DNA of 64,000 nucleotides, from positions 24,051 through 88,050 of IMG/VR virus record IMGVR_UViG_3300029319_000016; one strand, given 5' to 3'. The stretch comes from a virus. The position numbers and the translations under genes are program-made. The stretch's first letter is position 1. The number at the start of each line of letters is the position of its first letter. The notes under the pieces were generated by a model, which was not told the DNA's origin, ran no database searches, and saw only the letters and a program-made list of their open reading frames with translations. Positions 38,701 through 48,302 of the stretch are shown here, piece by piece.

Positions 38701-41700
38701 TTGTATAACAGAAGTTGAAAAGTTGTCATTATCATTTATTCTAGTATTTGTTGGATTATAAATCGATAAAAAGTGTTCATCGTTTCCTGGTCTATATTCA
38801 TTAATTCTATCTCTCAAAAACTTTCTTCCTGCATAAGCTTGAAGAGGTTCTGGTTTTGTTGTTGTAGTGTATCCATTTATACCACTATTTCCTAAATGTT
38901 CTGAGGCCCAGTTCTCTGTATATTTATCGTATAGTTCTTGATATTTGGACACATCTATTGGAACAGAAACTTTTATTACTTCTTTTTCATAAGTAATATT
39001 TCCAAACTGACCAGTGGGACCACTAGGGTTATAGCTCTCAGGTGGAGATTCGATTTGATTATAATAGTTCCCATCTTCATCAAACTCTTTTCCGTTATTT
39101 TCAACATATCCATCACTTTGCCAAATTGGTGTTGTTACTCTGTTTTCAACAGACAAAGAAAGATAATAGTGAGGTCTTGTTATTGTTTCTGGTGCATCTT
39201 CATTGAGGTAATAATAATCAGAATAACCTAAAATTGATGTATAATTTATTTTTTCAATAAACATTTGAGTTTTAAAATCAGGTCGTTTAACAAAAGTTCT
39301 AGGAAAATCAAATGTAACCCGGCCCAAGTCTACTGCATCGAGATCCATTATTGTTGTAGATGTTCCACCTGGATTATAATTAAAAGTTTTAAATTTTGAC
39401 CTTACTGAGCTTTGGTTGCCAAAAAAAGCAGAACCAACAGTTACAGGAAACAAGTTTGTTGGAGAGGGAAATTTTATTCTAAAAATTTGTAAAAATGATA
39501 CTATAGGTCCAGAAATTAATAAATCAATTTTTCTTTTAATAAAGTTTCCTATTTTTTTAAAAACTCTATTAATAACTCCAGAGCCTTCTCCCTCTATTGC
39601 ATCGGCTTCATTATCATAAACTTCATTAACAGTGCTTCTAGTATCTACATAAGATTGTGTTGCATGTGAAATTCTCATTAAAAGCTTCAAAGGAAACATA
39701 GCTCTTCGCCACTTGTTCTTATGTTCCTTCATACTGTTGTTGGCGTTTGGCCAAATGTATTTCATCTTAACTCGAGTTTGATGTGAGGGGTCAAAAATCC
39801 AACCCTTAATAAGTTTTTTACCATCCTTATCAGCCAAAAGATTATTGAAAAAACCCAATTGAGAAGTAGACATGTCGTTCAAATATGCTATTTCTAGGTT
39901 TTCAAAAATTGCACCTGATACGACATCATCCAAGTCTTTTAAGACTTGTGGTTTTTGAGTAAATGGCTGTCTACCAGATAAGCCATCTGTGTCACCGTTC
40001 AAAAACAAGTCCCTCATGTCTTCACAATAAGGGTCAGTGCTAAATGCACTTTCTTGTAAATCTTTAAATACTTCTTCAAGAGCATCATCAGGACTTTGAA
40101 AATAAGAGCTTAACAAACCATCAAATGTACTAACAAGTAAATCAGAGTCTGGAGTTCCGGGTGTATAGCCATCGTCTTTATCTGTTCCAAAAACAAAATC
40201 TTCGCAAAAGATTTCACTACAAGTTCTACCAGAATCAGAATTAACTAAAGCGTTTAAATCATTTCCAATTCTTACTGCTAAGTCTGGGTAATTTGTATTT
40301 AGAGTTGTTGTTAAAACTCCCCAAAATGCTTCCCAATTTGCATAATCGTTTCCAAAAGCTTCGGCAATTTCTTCATGTTGTTCTTGTGTTAATTCCCATG
40401 TGAGCTCTTTAAGATTTATACTACTTTCTCCTGATACGAACAATTCATACCATGCGTCAATTGGAACACTTTCACTACATGTTTTTCCCCAATCTAATAT
40501 AACTTGTCTTGGCAATTTTACTGATGTTGTTTGTTGCATTGCAGCACCTACAGTGTCAGCTCCTGTTTCCATGGAAGTACTGTTTCCAGAATTACCCAGC
40601 CCGTTAGAAAAATTATTAGCATCAGCTAGTGGCTTACAATAAGCAGAAGAAATAGCATCAAAGATAGATTCATCATCATCCATGGAAGTTAAATAATTTC
40701 CAAGTCCAGATAATAGGTTACAAATATCATCAAGAACTGCTCTTAAAGCTTTCATTAAAAAAGCTAATAAAACTGCTATTATTCTTTTCTTCAATTCTTT
40801 CAAAAATTGTTCAACCATAACTTTTAAAACTCTTAAAAATTCTGGGCCCGGCAAGTCAGGTATTGGTGGTAATTTCCAGTTAGGTTTTTTACATGGATTT
40901 ACATCTAACGCAGCCCAAGAAGCTTTTGTCCAAGTATCAAATAATTCCTTATGAGGACAAAGTGCTGCTTTTAAGAAATTAAAAAAGATGTCAGATCCAG
41001 GTAAAGAATCGACCAAATCTTTTAATTCTGTTATGCTTAACCTATCTACAATTACGTCTATGTAAGCTTCACCAATTATTGTTAAAATTTCTCTAGCTGC
41101 TTTCTCATATTGATTAGGGTCATAATTTGTTGTCAACTCTTCTAGTATGCTGTATTTTGCATTATTTCTTTGATTTCTTAATTCTAATAAATCTTGCTCC
41201 ATAAATACAGATTTAAAATCTTCTTGTTCGTCACGAACTTCAAAGATTGCATCTGTAACTGTTCCATTATTGGTTCGTAAGTTATTTTTTTGTTCAATAT
41301 AAATGTCTTTTAATTCAGCATCATCTGTTGCTTCTATTAATTCTTCTGCGGCAGTGAATTTTTCTTCTAGTTCCTTTTGCGCATCTAATTGGTCTGACAA
41401 ATCATTAAACATTTCAGTAAGATTCTCTAGATCTTCTCTAGCTTGCAAGGACTCATCGGCTTCAGGTTCATTTTCTTCTTCTGGGTTTTCTGCTGGGTTC
41501 ATCTTATCTTCATAAGCATTTGTGTTTTTTGTTTTACTTTGTGATAATTTAACATAATCATCAATGTTAAAATTTGTAAAATTATCATTAAACCACGGAA
41601 TTTGTTCTAAAGAAGATCTTATTTCTTCCTCTACTTCTGCTTGTAAATCAACCGGTAATCCGATAAAAACTTTTCTAAATGTTGCTGCATCTAAGTTGCC

Positions 41701-44370
41701 CATTAATGCTTTTGCTATTCTTTTTAAACTTGTATTAAGGTTCATTCCTTGCATCATACATCTTAAAATGTCTAATAGGATTTTAGCCCAATTACAAGGG
41801 TTGACTTTATCTAAAAAATCGCCAATTTTTTCTCCAGGATCTTGAACCATTTCAGCAATGTAATCTTTTAAAGATTTACCCAATAAGCGTTCTAAAAATC
41901 TTTTTTCTGTTTCTTGTTTTTCTTTTCTCATTCTTTTAAAAGCTAATTTTGACTTTCCAACTATATCTGGTCTGGCTTCATTAATTGAAGCTTTAACTCC
42001 TTGTCCAAAATCTTTATAAATTGCAATTTGTTCTTTAATTTGTGGATTTTGACCAATTTCAAAACTTAATAATTCTTGATACCCTGTTAAGTTATACTCT
42101 TTTATAGTTCTACAATTTAAAGAATTTAGAGAATAGGCTAGAGCTTGTGTAAAACTACCCACTAAACCCAAAAGTAAATCTTCTAAAACGTCATCTATGT
42201 TGATGTTAATATCTGAATCGTCGGTACTGTTAGCTGCATTGTCCAAACAACTGTTATAATCATCAGAGACAATTTCTTCAGTATATTTTATAATCAATTC
42301 AGGATACGTAAATTTTACCATAAAATCTATCCATGGTGGTAACGTGTTTCCAATTTGTGAAACCATTTGCTTATGTTTTAAAACATAGTTCATTAAAGTT
42401 TTTTCACTATTATATTTGTCTTTAAATTGATCAAGACCTTTAGAGCATTTTTTAAAAGGACAGTTATAAAATTTTGCAAAAACATTTGTAATATTTTTAT
42501 CTTCATCAAATTTTATTTTTATTTCTTGAGGATGTTTAAAACCGTCTTCTTTGTTTCTTAATCTGAATCCGTTATTAGATAGTAATTTTTTTAAATCAGC
42601 ATAAAAATTTTCAAACTTTTGTTCGTATTGAAAAATATAAAAGGGTCTGTTAATTGTAGAATCATCATGGTCTTTTATTCTAATTCTTCCATTATTCATG
42701 TATAAGAAATAAGCTTGATACTCACCATAGGTTTTAAACAAATTTGTAAATGTTGATTTAAAAACTTTTTTTAAGTCCAAACCTTTTATTGTAACTTCAT
42801 TTTCGCTATTATCTGTATTAGGAGAAGCACTATTATTTTCACTTTCTTCATCAGCAATGTTGGATTGTACGTTTTCTTCTTGTATTTCAACCAAAGCAGC
42901 TGGAACAGATACTATAAATTTTGGATTTTGATACTGAAAGTATTGTGTAGTTGTTCTGCTACACCACACCTCTACACCAGAATAAAGCTCAATAGCTTTT
43001 GGATTCTGTATTAAATATTCATTAATTGCTTCACCAGTTAATGAATATTTTGTCATAGTAAGCCCATCACCTTGTCCAGACGGTACTGATTCAACTAATG
43101 GTGTAAATCCATCAAAAGAACCTATCAGTTGATAAACATTACCAGGAGCAAAATTTAATTTTAAATTAACACATCTATCGGAATCTACTGTAGAGCCGGG
43201 TGGAATCGCACAAATTAATTCTTCAGATGGTATTTTATTTCTAAATTTTAAAATTTCACTAATACCGAACTTTTTAATATCACTGAATAGATTTGAAAAA
43301 GTTATTGGGTTTCCGTAAGCCGAAGATATGGTTGGTTCTCCCTGTTCAGGTGTATTATCAAAATCATCTTTGAGATCCAACCATGTTTTTGTAGTGTTAA
43401 ATCCAAATTGTTCAACAACTTTAACAACTATTTTATATTTACATTCTGCTTCATCAAGCCACACATCAGATTTTTTTACTGATATTGGATTATCAGATAA
43501 AGTGTGATCAGTTCTGTTAATTGTTTTGGTATCTGAGTTTGTTTGTTTTTGCCACCATTCTTGATCAGGTTCCCAGTTAGTATTTGGTATGCAAGTAGGA
43601 CACAAGATAAAAGCGTTTGGATTTAATTCAACTACCTCATCTTCTGGTGGTTCTAATGGACTACACACCTCAACTGCTAAATCTCTAAATTGTGAAGGCT
43701 GACCATCTGGGTCTGTTCCTTCGACTATTTCTGGTTCTTCACAATCATCTACTTCTTCTATAACAATGCTTGGTATAATTACTCCCGGGATGAAAAAGTC
43801 TTCCTCGGCTTCTTCTGTTTCTGGTGGAGGAATGTCTTCATAAGTATAAGATGAGCGGTAATGTCTCATTTTCTCACCATAACTAACACCAGCGCTGTTT
43901 CTGCTTAAAACTTGGTCGCCAGATTTGCTATACACAGCAACAACACCATGAAATGTTGTTAATTCATCTTCTCCATAATCATGTCTACGATCATTATAAT
44001 ATTTTAAAATTCTATTTTGTAAACTATAATTTTCAACTAATTCTGTCATTCTATCGGTTAAATAACTATTTGTTAAAATACCAACTAATTTGTTGTTTGT
44101 TTCGTTCTTTTTTGCTTTTTTTGAATCATTACCATTGTACCATATGTTAATCCTAAAAGCATCTTTATTAGAAGACCAAGCTAATTTAGACAAACCAGCT
44201 GGTGAGGTATCTAATTTAATTGATCTAGTATTTCTTTTCCACACAAGAAGATGAACATCTAAAGGTAATGCATAATTTCTAGCACTTCCTCCAGCGGTTG
44301 ATAACCTAACCGAGAAGCTGTAAGATAATTTACTGTTTACAGTTATTCTATTGTTTTCATAACGTGCCAT
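35791..44370 (-). CDS. Giant hypothetical virion-associated protein (2859 aa)
   Basis: Uninterrupted ORF between the spike-like and gp25-like genes. Acidic, with a central helical/coiled-coil region and many scattered Cys. No domain recognised. Confidence 0.7.
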   Translation of the reverse strand: MARYENNRITVNSKLSYSFSVRLSTAGGSARNYALPLDVHLLVWKRNTRSIKLDTSPAGLSKLAWSSNKDAFRINIWYNGNDSKKAKKNETNNKLVGILTNSYLTDRMTELVENYSLQNRILKYYNDRRHDYGEDELTTFHGVVAVYSKSGDQVLSRNSAGVSYGEKMRHYRSSYTYEDIPPPETEEAEEDFFIPGVIIPSIVIEEVDDCEEPEIVEGTDPDGQPSQFRDLAVEVCSPLEPPEDEVVELNPNAFILCPTCIPNTNWEPDQEWWQKQTNSDTKTINRTDHTLSDNPISVKKSDVWLDEAECKYKIVVKVVEQFGFNTTKTWLDLKDDFDNTPEQGEPTISSAYGNPITFSNLFSDIKKFGISEILKFRNKIPSEELICAIPPGSTVDSDRCVNLKLNFAPGNVYQLIGSFDGFTPLVESVPSGQGDGLTMTKYSLTGEAINEYLIQNPKAIELYSGVEVWCSRTTTQYFQYQNPKFIVSVPAALVEIQEENVQSNIADEESENNSASPNTDNSENEVTIKGLDLKKVFKSTFTNLFKTYGEYQAYFLYMNNGRIRIKDHDDSTINRPFYIFQYEQKFENFYADLKKLLSNNGFRLRNKEDGFKHPQEIKIKFDEDKNITNVFAKFYNCPFKKCSKGLDQFKDKYNSEKTLMNYVLKHKQMVSQIGNTLPPWIDFMVKFTYPELIIKYTEEIVSDDYNSCLDNAANSTDDSDININIDDVLEDLLLGLVGSFTQALAYSLNSLNCRTIKEYNLTGYQELLSFEIGQNPQIKEQIAIYKDFGQGVKASINEARPDIVGKSKLAFKRMRKEKQETEKRFLERLLGKSLKDYIAEMVQDPGEKIGDFLDKVNPCNWAKILLDILRCMMQGMNLNTSLKRIAKALMGNLDAATFRKVFIGLPVDLQAEVEEEIRSSLEQIPWFNDNFTNFNIDDYVKLSQSKTKNTNAYEDKMNPAENPEEENEPEADESLQAREDLENLTEMFNDLSDQLDAQKELEEKFTAAEELIEATDDAELKDIYIEQKNNLRTNNGTVTDAIFEVRDEQEDFKSVFMEQDLLELRNQRNNAKYSILEELTTNYDPNQYEKAAREILTIIGEAYIDVIVDRLSITELKDLVDSLPGSDIFFNFLKAALCPHKELFDTWTKASWAALDVNPCKKPNWKLPPIPDLPGPEFLRVLKVMVEQFLKELKKRIIAVLLAFLMKALRAVLDDICNLLSGLGNYLTSMDDDESIFDAISSAYCKPLADANNFSNGLGNSGNSTSMETGADTVGAAMQQTTSVKLPRQVILDWGKTCSESVPIDAWYELFVSGESSINLKELTWELTQEQHEEIAEAFGNDYANWEAFWGVLTTTLNTNYPDLAVRIGNDLNALVNSDSGRTCSEIFCEDFVFGTDKDDGYTPGTPDSDLLVSTFDGLLSSYFQSPDDALEEVFKDLQESAFSTDPYCEDMRDLFLNGDTDGLSGRQPFTQKPQVLKDLDDVVSGAIFENLEIAYLNDMSTSQLGFFNNLLADKDGKKLIKGWIFDPSHQTRVKMKYIWPNANNSMKEHKNKWRRAMFPLKLLMRISHATQSYVDTRSTVNEVYDNEADAIEGEGSGVINRVFKKIGNFIKRKIDLLISGPIVSFLQIFRIKFPSPTNLFPVTVGSAFFGNQSSVRSKFKTFNYNPGGTSTTIMDLDAVDLGRVTFDFPRTFVKRPDFKTQMFIEKINYTSILGYSDYYYLNEDAPETITRPHYYLSLSVENRVTTPIWQSDGYVENNGKEFDEDGNYYNQIESPPESYNPSGPTGQFGNITYEKEVIKVSVPIDVSKYQELYDKYTENWASEHLGNSGINGYTTTTKPEPLQAYAGRKFLRDRINEYRPGNDEHFLSIYNPTNTRINDNDNFSTSVIQGYFHEAFSQLIMQNFPKGITSYRSPIINRNILDTLEKMGDPSSLGYDKNVVEDAYSSIGSFGYDPKEIITYDDLLYVKEDANPNKRSTWQKPPPGQMGKSATENERVVFLNPTIYGGDPEDPKIYIKPANYGGILGVFQKYVPEIDACSPRNQNMLFLSEAAELVGKVENKLKQDKRYNTDPSCVVEPPFDLIASKSDLAYLHVSTKLIVRTYIIELFLKCLPVFEKVFLSKDNVDNFIPGMVYNLMLKAIKEEPDELTFMKFNREQYWYLVLEQMVQSTEREVLLGNIIKDNDLDALFTQLIEVRKNFRQPSFADLQMLRKVSEIRITSGTYVSKYDNLEFDEEGNRYGSNKAFNLEVRYKDDVDVESSLPESYVTYLHNLIKSVLFSALGPHYLSALEVACNGNFKKFNASIIGLSKLKLLYKVYRIYRNNALARQISMYFIKNEVEIYLKEHKKQQKKDIESGSKRAPRIANLNKFALNSSSNISIGPKNKIGDTEVERFTSGVPAELYGDVNDFGKPQQDLNFYTPESREIINNLVSYENPAFAFFVEKYVITDVKDVNYTMVDGVVLEGSIMGDTATGDAFNTQFGSINNKMISIEEFQERLQEVRNSGINYSANNTTSISDFFGNAELDDTDPRGYSGTIGIKFGVRLSIISNVVNSNFVLHREQYSEIERQRIDRIMIPNPGNNIVPEKAFYPIPIVHYEQDLPDYTMYEFLMNRSMWENVGEDLKCYIDRMCEQPEFKFLTDFCLPIKRVTAASSISAFDGYLRSVGKGDGERYEGVDDEDEEWKEKVMSHTRKELRNTFSTFYRSRELDRLKGNRRKHSWEWLKLNIPDININLDFGSLSWWQRRKIKFGERPFNKYDQYCTDGALGTLNQSTPDNTLNSNNPEQEGFSRSSYNIVDGSQTPYTTYVLPDLCEVIPDPSSGSESSNQGGTATAPINEEISESVVEEMISGAASAPLKRFF

Positions 44371-44378
44371 TTTTTTTC

Positions 44379-45425
44379 CTATGTTGAGAATACATTTGTA
44401 CTTAGGACATAAGTATCAAATTTTATCTGTCCTTCGTCTAATCTTTCTACCCCAGTTTTTCCAGTTAAACCAGATTTTTCACCTAAACCTAAATAATTTT
44501 GTCTAAAAATTTCAGTATTGATTGTTTCTGTTAACTGTGTACTTATTTCTCTGACTTCATTTGCAATAACGCCTATTGATTCTGTTATTAAGATAGGGTC
44601 TGGTCCAACTGTAATATAGCCAACTCCACCACCAATGTGAAAATGTTTTGCAACTGCTGAGCTTAATTTTATAATTTCAGTATTTTGTCTGACAAAAGCT
44701 TCAGAGATAGCCTGTAGTTTGTCTACTATGTCGTTCAAGCAAATAATTAATTTGTTTCCTTTTACCAAAGGTTCTGGATCGTCTGAAAGGTTTGTAATAA
44801 ATTCTATTTTTGAGCCTACCAACATCTCACCATTTGAGTTCAATTCACCTGTCCATCCTAGGTTCTGTGCTCTGGCACTACCAGCAAAAATTTTAACTGA
44901 ATCTCTTCCAATTATTCTGACGTGGTCTGACTTTATTCCTATGGCAGCTTCTCCTTTAGGTCGACCAAACCTTCCAGGTGGTAATCCAAAATAGTGATCA
45001 ATGTCAGCTTTTTGTGAAATGTAAATTCTACTAGCATCTGAAAAAAAATTATTACCTACCAACTTATCTCTAGTTGGTGGCTCTAGGTCTTTTCTGAATA
45101 GTCCTTTTTTTTGTTTGTTTTCGGAAGACATTCTTCCTGCTACTATGTCTATGGATGCACATGGACTACCACCAATTTTTCCATAACCTGATAGCAAATG
45201 AGAATCTCTATCTCTTCCAAACACTATTTGACAGTTCAGTTTTTCATCACCACCCAATGGGTCACTTGAATTAGAATAGTTTATATCAGGATATACAAAC
45301 TCACTTTCTGCTTTTTCAAAAGTAGGCATTTCCTCATAATATCTTGTGTGTAGTAAACCAGGTCTCTTTAAGCCTTGTACAACTTCTTTTTGTAAAAAGT
45401 CTTTTGTTACATTTGAATTTTTCAT
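44379..45425 (-). CDS. Putative baseplate central spike (gpV/gp138-like C-terminal part)
   Basis: IGIKSDHVRIIGRDSVKI beta-repeat-like segment, EPLVKG motif and HFH (HxH metal-binding tip). Confidence 0.6.
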   Translation of the reverse strand: MKNSNVTKDFLQKEVVQGLKRPGLLHTRYYEEMPTFEKAESEFVYPDINYSNSSDPLGGDEKLNCQIVFGRDRDSHLLSGYGKIGGSPCASIDIVAGRMSSENKQKKGLFRKDLEPPTRDKLVGNNFFSDASRIYISQKADIDHYFGLPPGRFGRPKGEAAIGIKSDHVRIIGRDSVKIFAGSARAQNLGWTGELNSNGEMLVGSKIEFITNLSDDPEPLVKGNKLIICLNDIVDKLQAISEAFVRQNTEIIKLSSAVAKHFHIGGGVGYITVGPDPILITESIGVIANEVREISTQLTETINTEIFRQNYLGLGEKSGLTGKTGVERLDEGQIKFDTYVLSTNVFST

Positions 45426-45434
45426 TTTTTCTCC

Positions 45435-46748
45435 TTAACCGCCCCATTTCCAAGTTGGAAACGCAGCTTTTCTAGATGCCATTGTGTAAGACATGTGCCA
45501 AGGTTCATTGATTTTCTTTCCTTCGGCAATGCTGTACCCTGTCATGTTATTGTGTATCCAAATTGAGTGCTTGTCAGCAGTTGAAAAACTAAGAATTCCT
45601 GCTTTTCTGCCTCTATAATAACCGGTCAATCTATTTAAACCAACTCTTAAATCAAAAGCCATGGCCCAGCCATGATTAGATCTGCCGGGATAAGCAGCTG
45701 CGGCAGTATTTACTGGGTCTGCATTGTGAGCATCGTAAAGCCTAACCTGTTCACTCAAGTCTCTATGAGGATAAGTTACAATTATTTTTGTTCCCCAATT
45801 TTTAAAATGTTCAACTAAGAAGTTTAAAAATTGTTTAGCCAAGCTTTGCTGAAGGGCTTGTGGTACGAACAAGGAACCAAATCTACTTTCATCCCAACTC
45901 ATAATTGTGTAAGTTGTATCTTTTTCATAACTAGCATCCGGACCTTCTATACCATCTATTTCTGAATATAATCCTTTTGTGCTGTTAAAATATGTTTTTT
46001 GTAGAAAATCACCTGCTTCGCTGGGTGTCCAAGTAATCTCTCCTGTTGTAAAGGAAACCTCACCACCTTTTATATCACTAAGGCCATTAACATCAGACAA
46101 AAATTCTTTAGTTGCTTCTGGCCATTCTTCAAAAACACCATTTTTCAAAATAACTCCACTCCAATGTTTTGCTTCTCTCGGTTTATAATCAGCTGTACTG
46201 GTTGTGTTGGAGGCTTCAAAGCTTTTAGATAGTTTTGATAGTTTTGATCTATTTTTTCCTAAATTTTTTATTAACCTTTGAAAGTAACTATTATCATGAT
46301 TTATAATACGACTAATTACTGGTGGGTTTATGTTGTTTTTAACTTCACCATTAACAAGAGGAGCTTGAGAAAAATCCACCTCAATAATGTCTCCAGCTTT
46401 TAAAGCAGTCAATTGAAAAGGAACAAAAGCATCCCTATGTGCATTTATTGCAACAATTGTTGTGTTTTCATCTAAATTAGGTTGACTTGGATCAGGGATA
46501 GAACTGTCCAATTGTTCCACACGAATTTTTACTAGTCTATCATATTGTTCACCCTTCTCATCTGTTATTAGTGAAATAGCACTTTCTTCTCTTGGAAGAG
46601 CTAAGACTCTCGCAATGTATCTTGTCTTTCCATTTAGCTGTGATCTTTGCTTGTCTAGCATTTTTTGGTTTTCAATAATTCTGTGTCTGTTTCTAGCTTT
46701 AGCATTATTTAGAAAAGCCTTCTTTTTATCATTATTACAAGACGACAT
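45435..46748 (-). CDS. Tail-associated M15 (VanY-like) Zn peptidoglycan peptidase with spike-like N-terminus
   Basis: R...EQ..LY, AAYPGRSNHGWAMAFD (SxHxxxxAxD) and EPWH. N-terminal VKIRV...GDIIEVDF is OB-fold-like. Confidence 0.78.
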   Translation of the reverse strand: MSSCNNDKKKAFLNNAKARNRHRIIENQKMLDKQRSQLNGKTRYIARVLALPREESAISLITDEKGEQYDRLVKIRVEQLDSSIPDPSQPNLDENTTIVAINAHRDAFVPFQLTALKAGDIIEVDFSQAPLVNGEVKNNINPPVISRIINHDNSYFQRLIKNLGKNRSKLSKLSKSFEASNTTSTADYKPREAKHWSGVILKNGVFEEWPEATKEFLSDVNGLSDIKGGEVSFTTGEITWTPSEAGDFLQKTYFNSTKGLYSEIDGIEGPDASYEKDTTYTIMSWDESRFGSLFVPQALQQSLAKQFLNFLVEHFKNWGTKIIVTYPHRDLSEQVRLYDAHNADPVNTAAAAYPGRSNHGWAMAFDLRVGLNRLTGYYRGRKAGILSFSTADKHSIWIHNNMTGYSIAEGKKINEPWHMSYTMASRKAAFPTWKWGG

Positions 46749-47035
46749 TATTTCTCCTCCGCTATTGCAGAGAAAAGATTCTCCATTTCCTCTTTAGAGA
46801 TTCCATCTTCTTTCTTTTCTTCTTTTTGTATTAGTGTAGCTACTTTAACCATTTGTTCGTTTGAACGTTGTAAAGTTTCTACATATTTTGCTAAAGTAAG
46901 ACCAATGTCTCTGTGTCTTGATTCATCTTTTGCTAAATATTGTATTGCATCATTTAGAAGATCTCTTGTTACCAACCTATCTTCTTCAATGTTGTCTAAT
47001 GCTTTTTTTATAATTTTATCTAATTTTTTTGACAT
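46748..47035 (-). CDS. Hypothetical helical protein, first gene of the late tail block
   Basis: The ORF track starts at TTG 47053. ATG at 47035 (MSKKLDK) sits directly after the late motif. Confidence 0.65.
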   Translation of the reverse strand: MSKKLDKIIKKALDNIEEDRLVTRDLLNDAIQYLAKDESRHRDIGLTLAKYVETLQRSNEQMVKVATLIQKEEKKEDGISKEEMENLFSAIAEEK

Positions 47036-47038
47036 ACA

Positions 47039-47048
47039 ATAATTAGTT
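47039..47048 (-). promoter_or_regulatory. Putative late promoter heading the tail block
   Basis: AACTAATTAT-TGT-ATG, overlapping the sigma-factor stop; no SD (leaderless-like). Confidence 0.5.
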
Positions 47049-47751
47049 AACAATCAATTTTATCGTTATTCCATTTGTATTTGAAGGTTCTATATTTCTT
47101 TCTCATCTTGTTAAGTTGAGAAACTATTTGCTTTGTATTAAGGTCAGTTATCTCTCTCAAATAGAAATAAATTGCTTTTTTATTAAAAATGTCAATCTCT
47201 TCTTTTGAATTTAATAAGATTTTTACAGCATTGTAAACTTTCTTTTCATTCTCATTCATGTTGGTCGATTCCCAGCTGTTTATTTCAACCCACAAGTGTT
47301 CCCAAAATTCTTTTTCAATTTCATCTTCAACAAAAGTGTTTTCAGAAATCATTCTAGATTTTTGTAGTTCAGCTGTAGCTGAGTTAAAATCAACCTCTCG
47401 CTTAGCTCTTTTTGAGTTTTTCTTTACTTGTGCTATAAACCAATTTTTTGTTATAACAGAAAAATAAGAAAATGCTTTTGAACCTCTGTTTGGGTCATAT
47501 TTGGCTAAAATTGTTGTAAGCCAAACTTTACAATCATCTCTCAACTCTTCTATGTTGGGAAGTGTAGTGAACCTATAAGTAAAAACTATTTTATCAACCA
47601 TTTCTGAAAAAGCTGGTTGTATTAGATTTTCATAAAGTTCACACTTTTCCAGATAAGTTGTAGCCGGATCGCAGTACTTCAGAATCGCGTCCTCGTGTAT
47701 CTGAGTAAAATACATCCTCTTGGTTCTCTTCTTTCTCTTTCGTTGTGTCAT
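47047..47751 (-). CDS. Phage sigma factor (T4 gp55-like late sigma)
   Basis: Sigma region-2-like KYDPNRGSKAFSYFSVITKNWF and a C-terminal HTH-like segment (YLREITDLNTKQI). Confidence 0.78.
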   Translation of the reverse strand: MTQRKRKKRTKRMYFTQIHEDAILKYCDPATTYLEKCELYENLIQPAFSEMVDKIVFTYRFTTLPNIEELRDDCKVWLTTILAKYDPNRGSKAFSYFSVITKNWFIAQVKKNSKRAKREVDFNSATAELQKSRMISENTFVEDEIEKEFWEHLWVEINSWESTNMNENEKKVYNAVKILLNSKEEIDIFNKKAIYFYLREITDLNTKQIVSQLNKMRKKYRTFKYKWNNDKIDC

Positions 47752-48064
47752 TTGTTTCGTCCTCGGTTAAATCTTCCTCGATTAATTCAGAATCCAATCC
47801 AACCTCTAAATAATCATCCATGACCTCTATCAAATCACTTGTATGTTGCACAAGTAATTTTAAATCTTTATCTCCATAAAACTTCTCAAGCTCATGGACA
47901 CCTCTAATGTGGTTTTGAAAACCCCTTATTAATTGCGTTAAATTAGTCAAATTTTGCGTTAACCAGCCAAGCCTACCTAGTATGTCTCTAATGTAAACAG
48001 CAGCCAATAGATTGCATCCTAGGCTTATTAAAAGCACAATTGTAAGAGCAGCATCAATCGTCAT
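47639..48064 (-). CDS. Hypothetical membrane-anchored protein
   Basis: N-terminal TM helix, then a coiled coil. The 3' end overlaps the sigma gene by 113 bp. Confidence 0.6.
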   Translation of the reverse strand: MTIDAALTIVLLISLGCNLLAAVYIRDILGRLGWLTQNLTNLTQLIRGFQNHIRGVHELEKFYGDKDLKLLVQHTSDLIEVMDDYLEVGLDSELIEEDLTEDETNDTTKEKEENQEDVFYSDTRGRDSEVLRSGYNLSGKV

Positions 48065-48302
48065 AAGTTTGTGTCCTCGCTTCGTTATATAGTTCTTTAA
48101 AGACTTTCTTATTATCCTCGATGGCTTCCTTAACTCTCTTTGACTCTTCCGACGGAGGTTTAGAGATAGAAGTCAATTGAGGTATACGTTGAAGAGTTCC
48201 TGTTGCTTCACATAGTTCACAGGTTTTTTGAGTTTCACTCATACCATGACGAACTTGAAACTCTCCTTCGCATTCAGAACATCTGTAGACGTATCTAGGC
48301 AT
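48054..48302 (-). CDS. FmdB-family zinc-ribbon protein
   Basis: MPRYVYRCSEC...F...TCELC; likely start MPRY at 48302. Confidence 0.8.
   Translation of the reverse strand: MPRYVYRCSECEGEFQVRHGMSETQKTCELCEATGTLQRIPQLTSISKPPSEESKRVKEAIEDNKKVFKELYNEARTQTYDD

Noticed and set aside
32078-46748. Extracellular contractile injection system or T6SS locus
   Set aside because: gp25/gp6/spike homologs are accompanied by primase, resolvase, SbcCD and a late sigma, consistent with a lytic phage.
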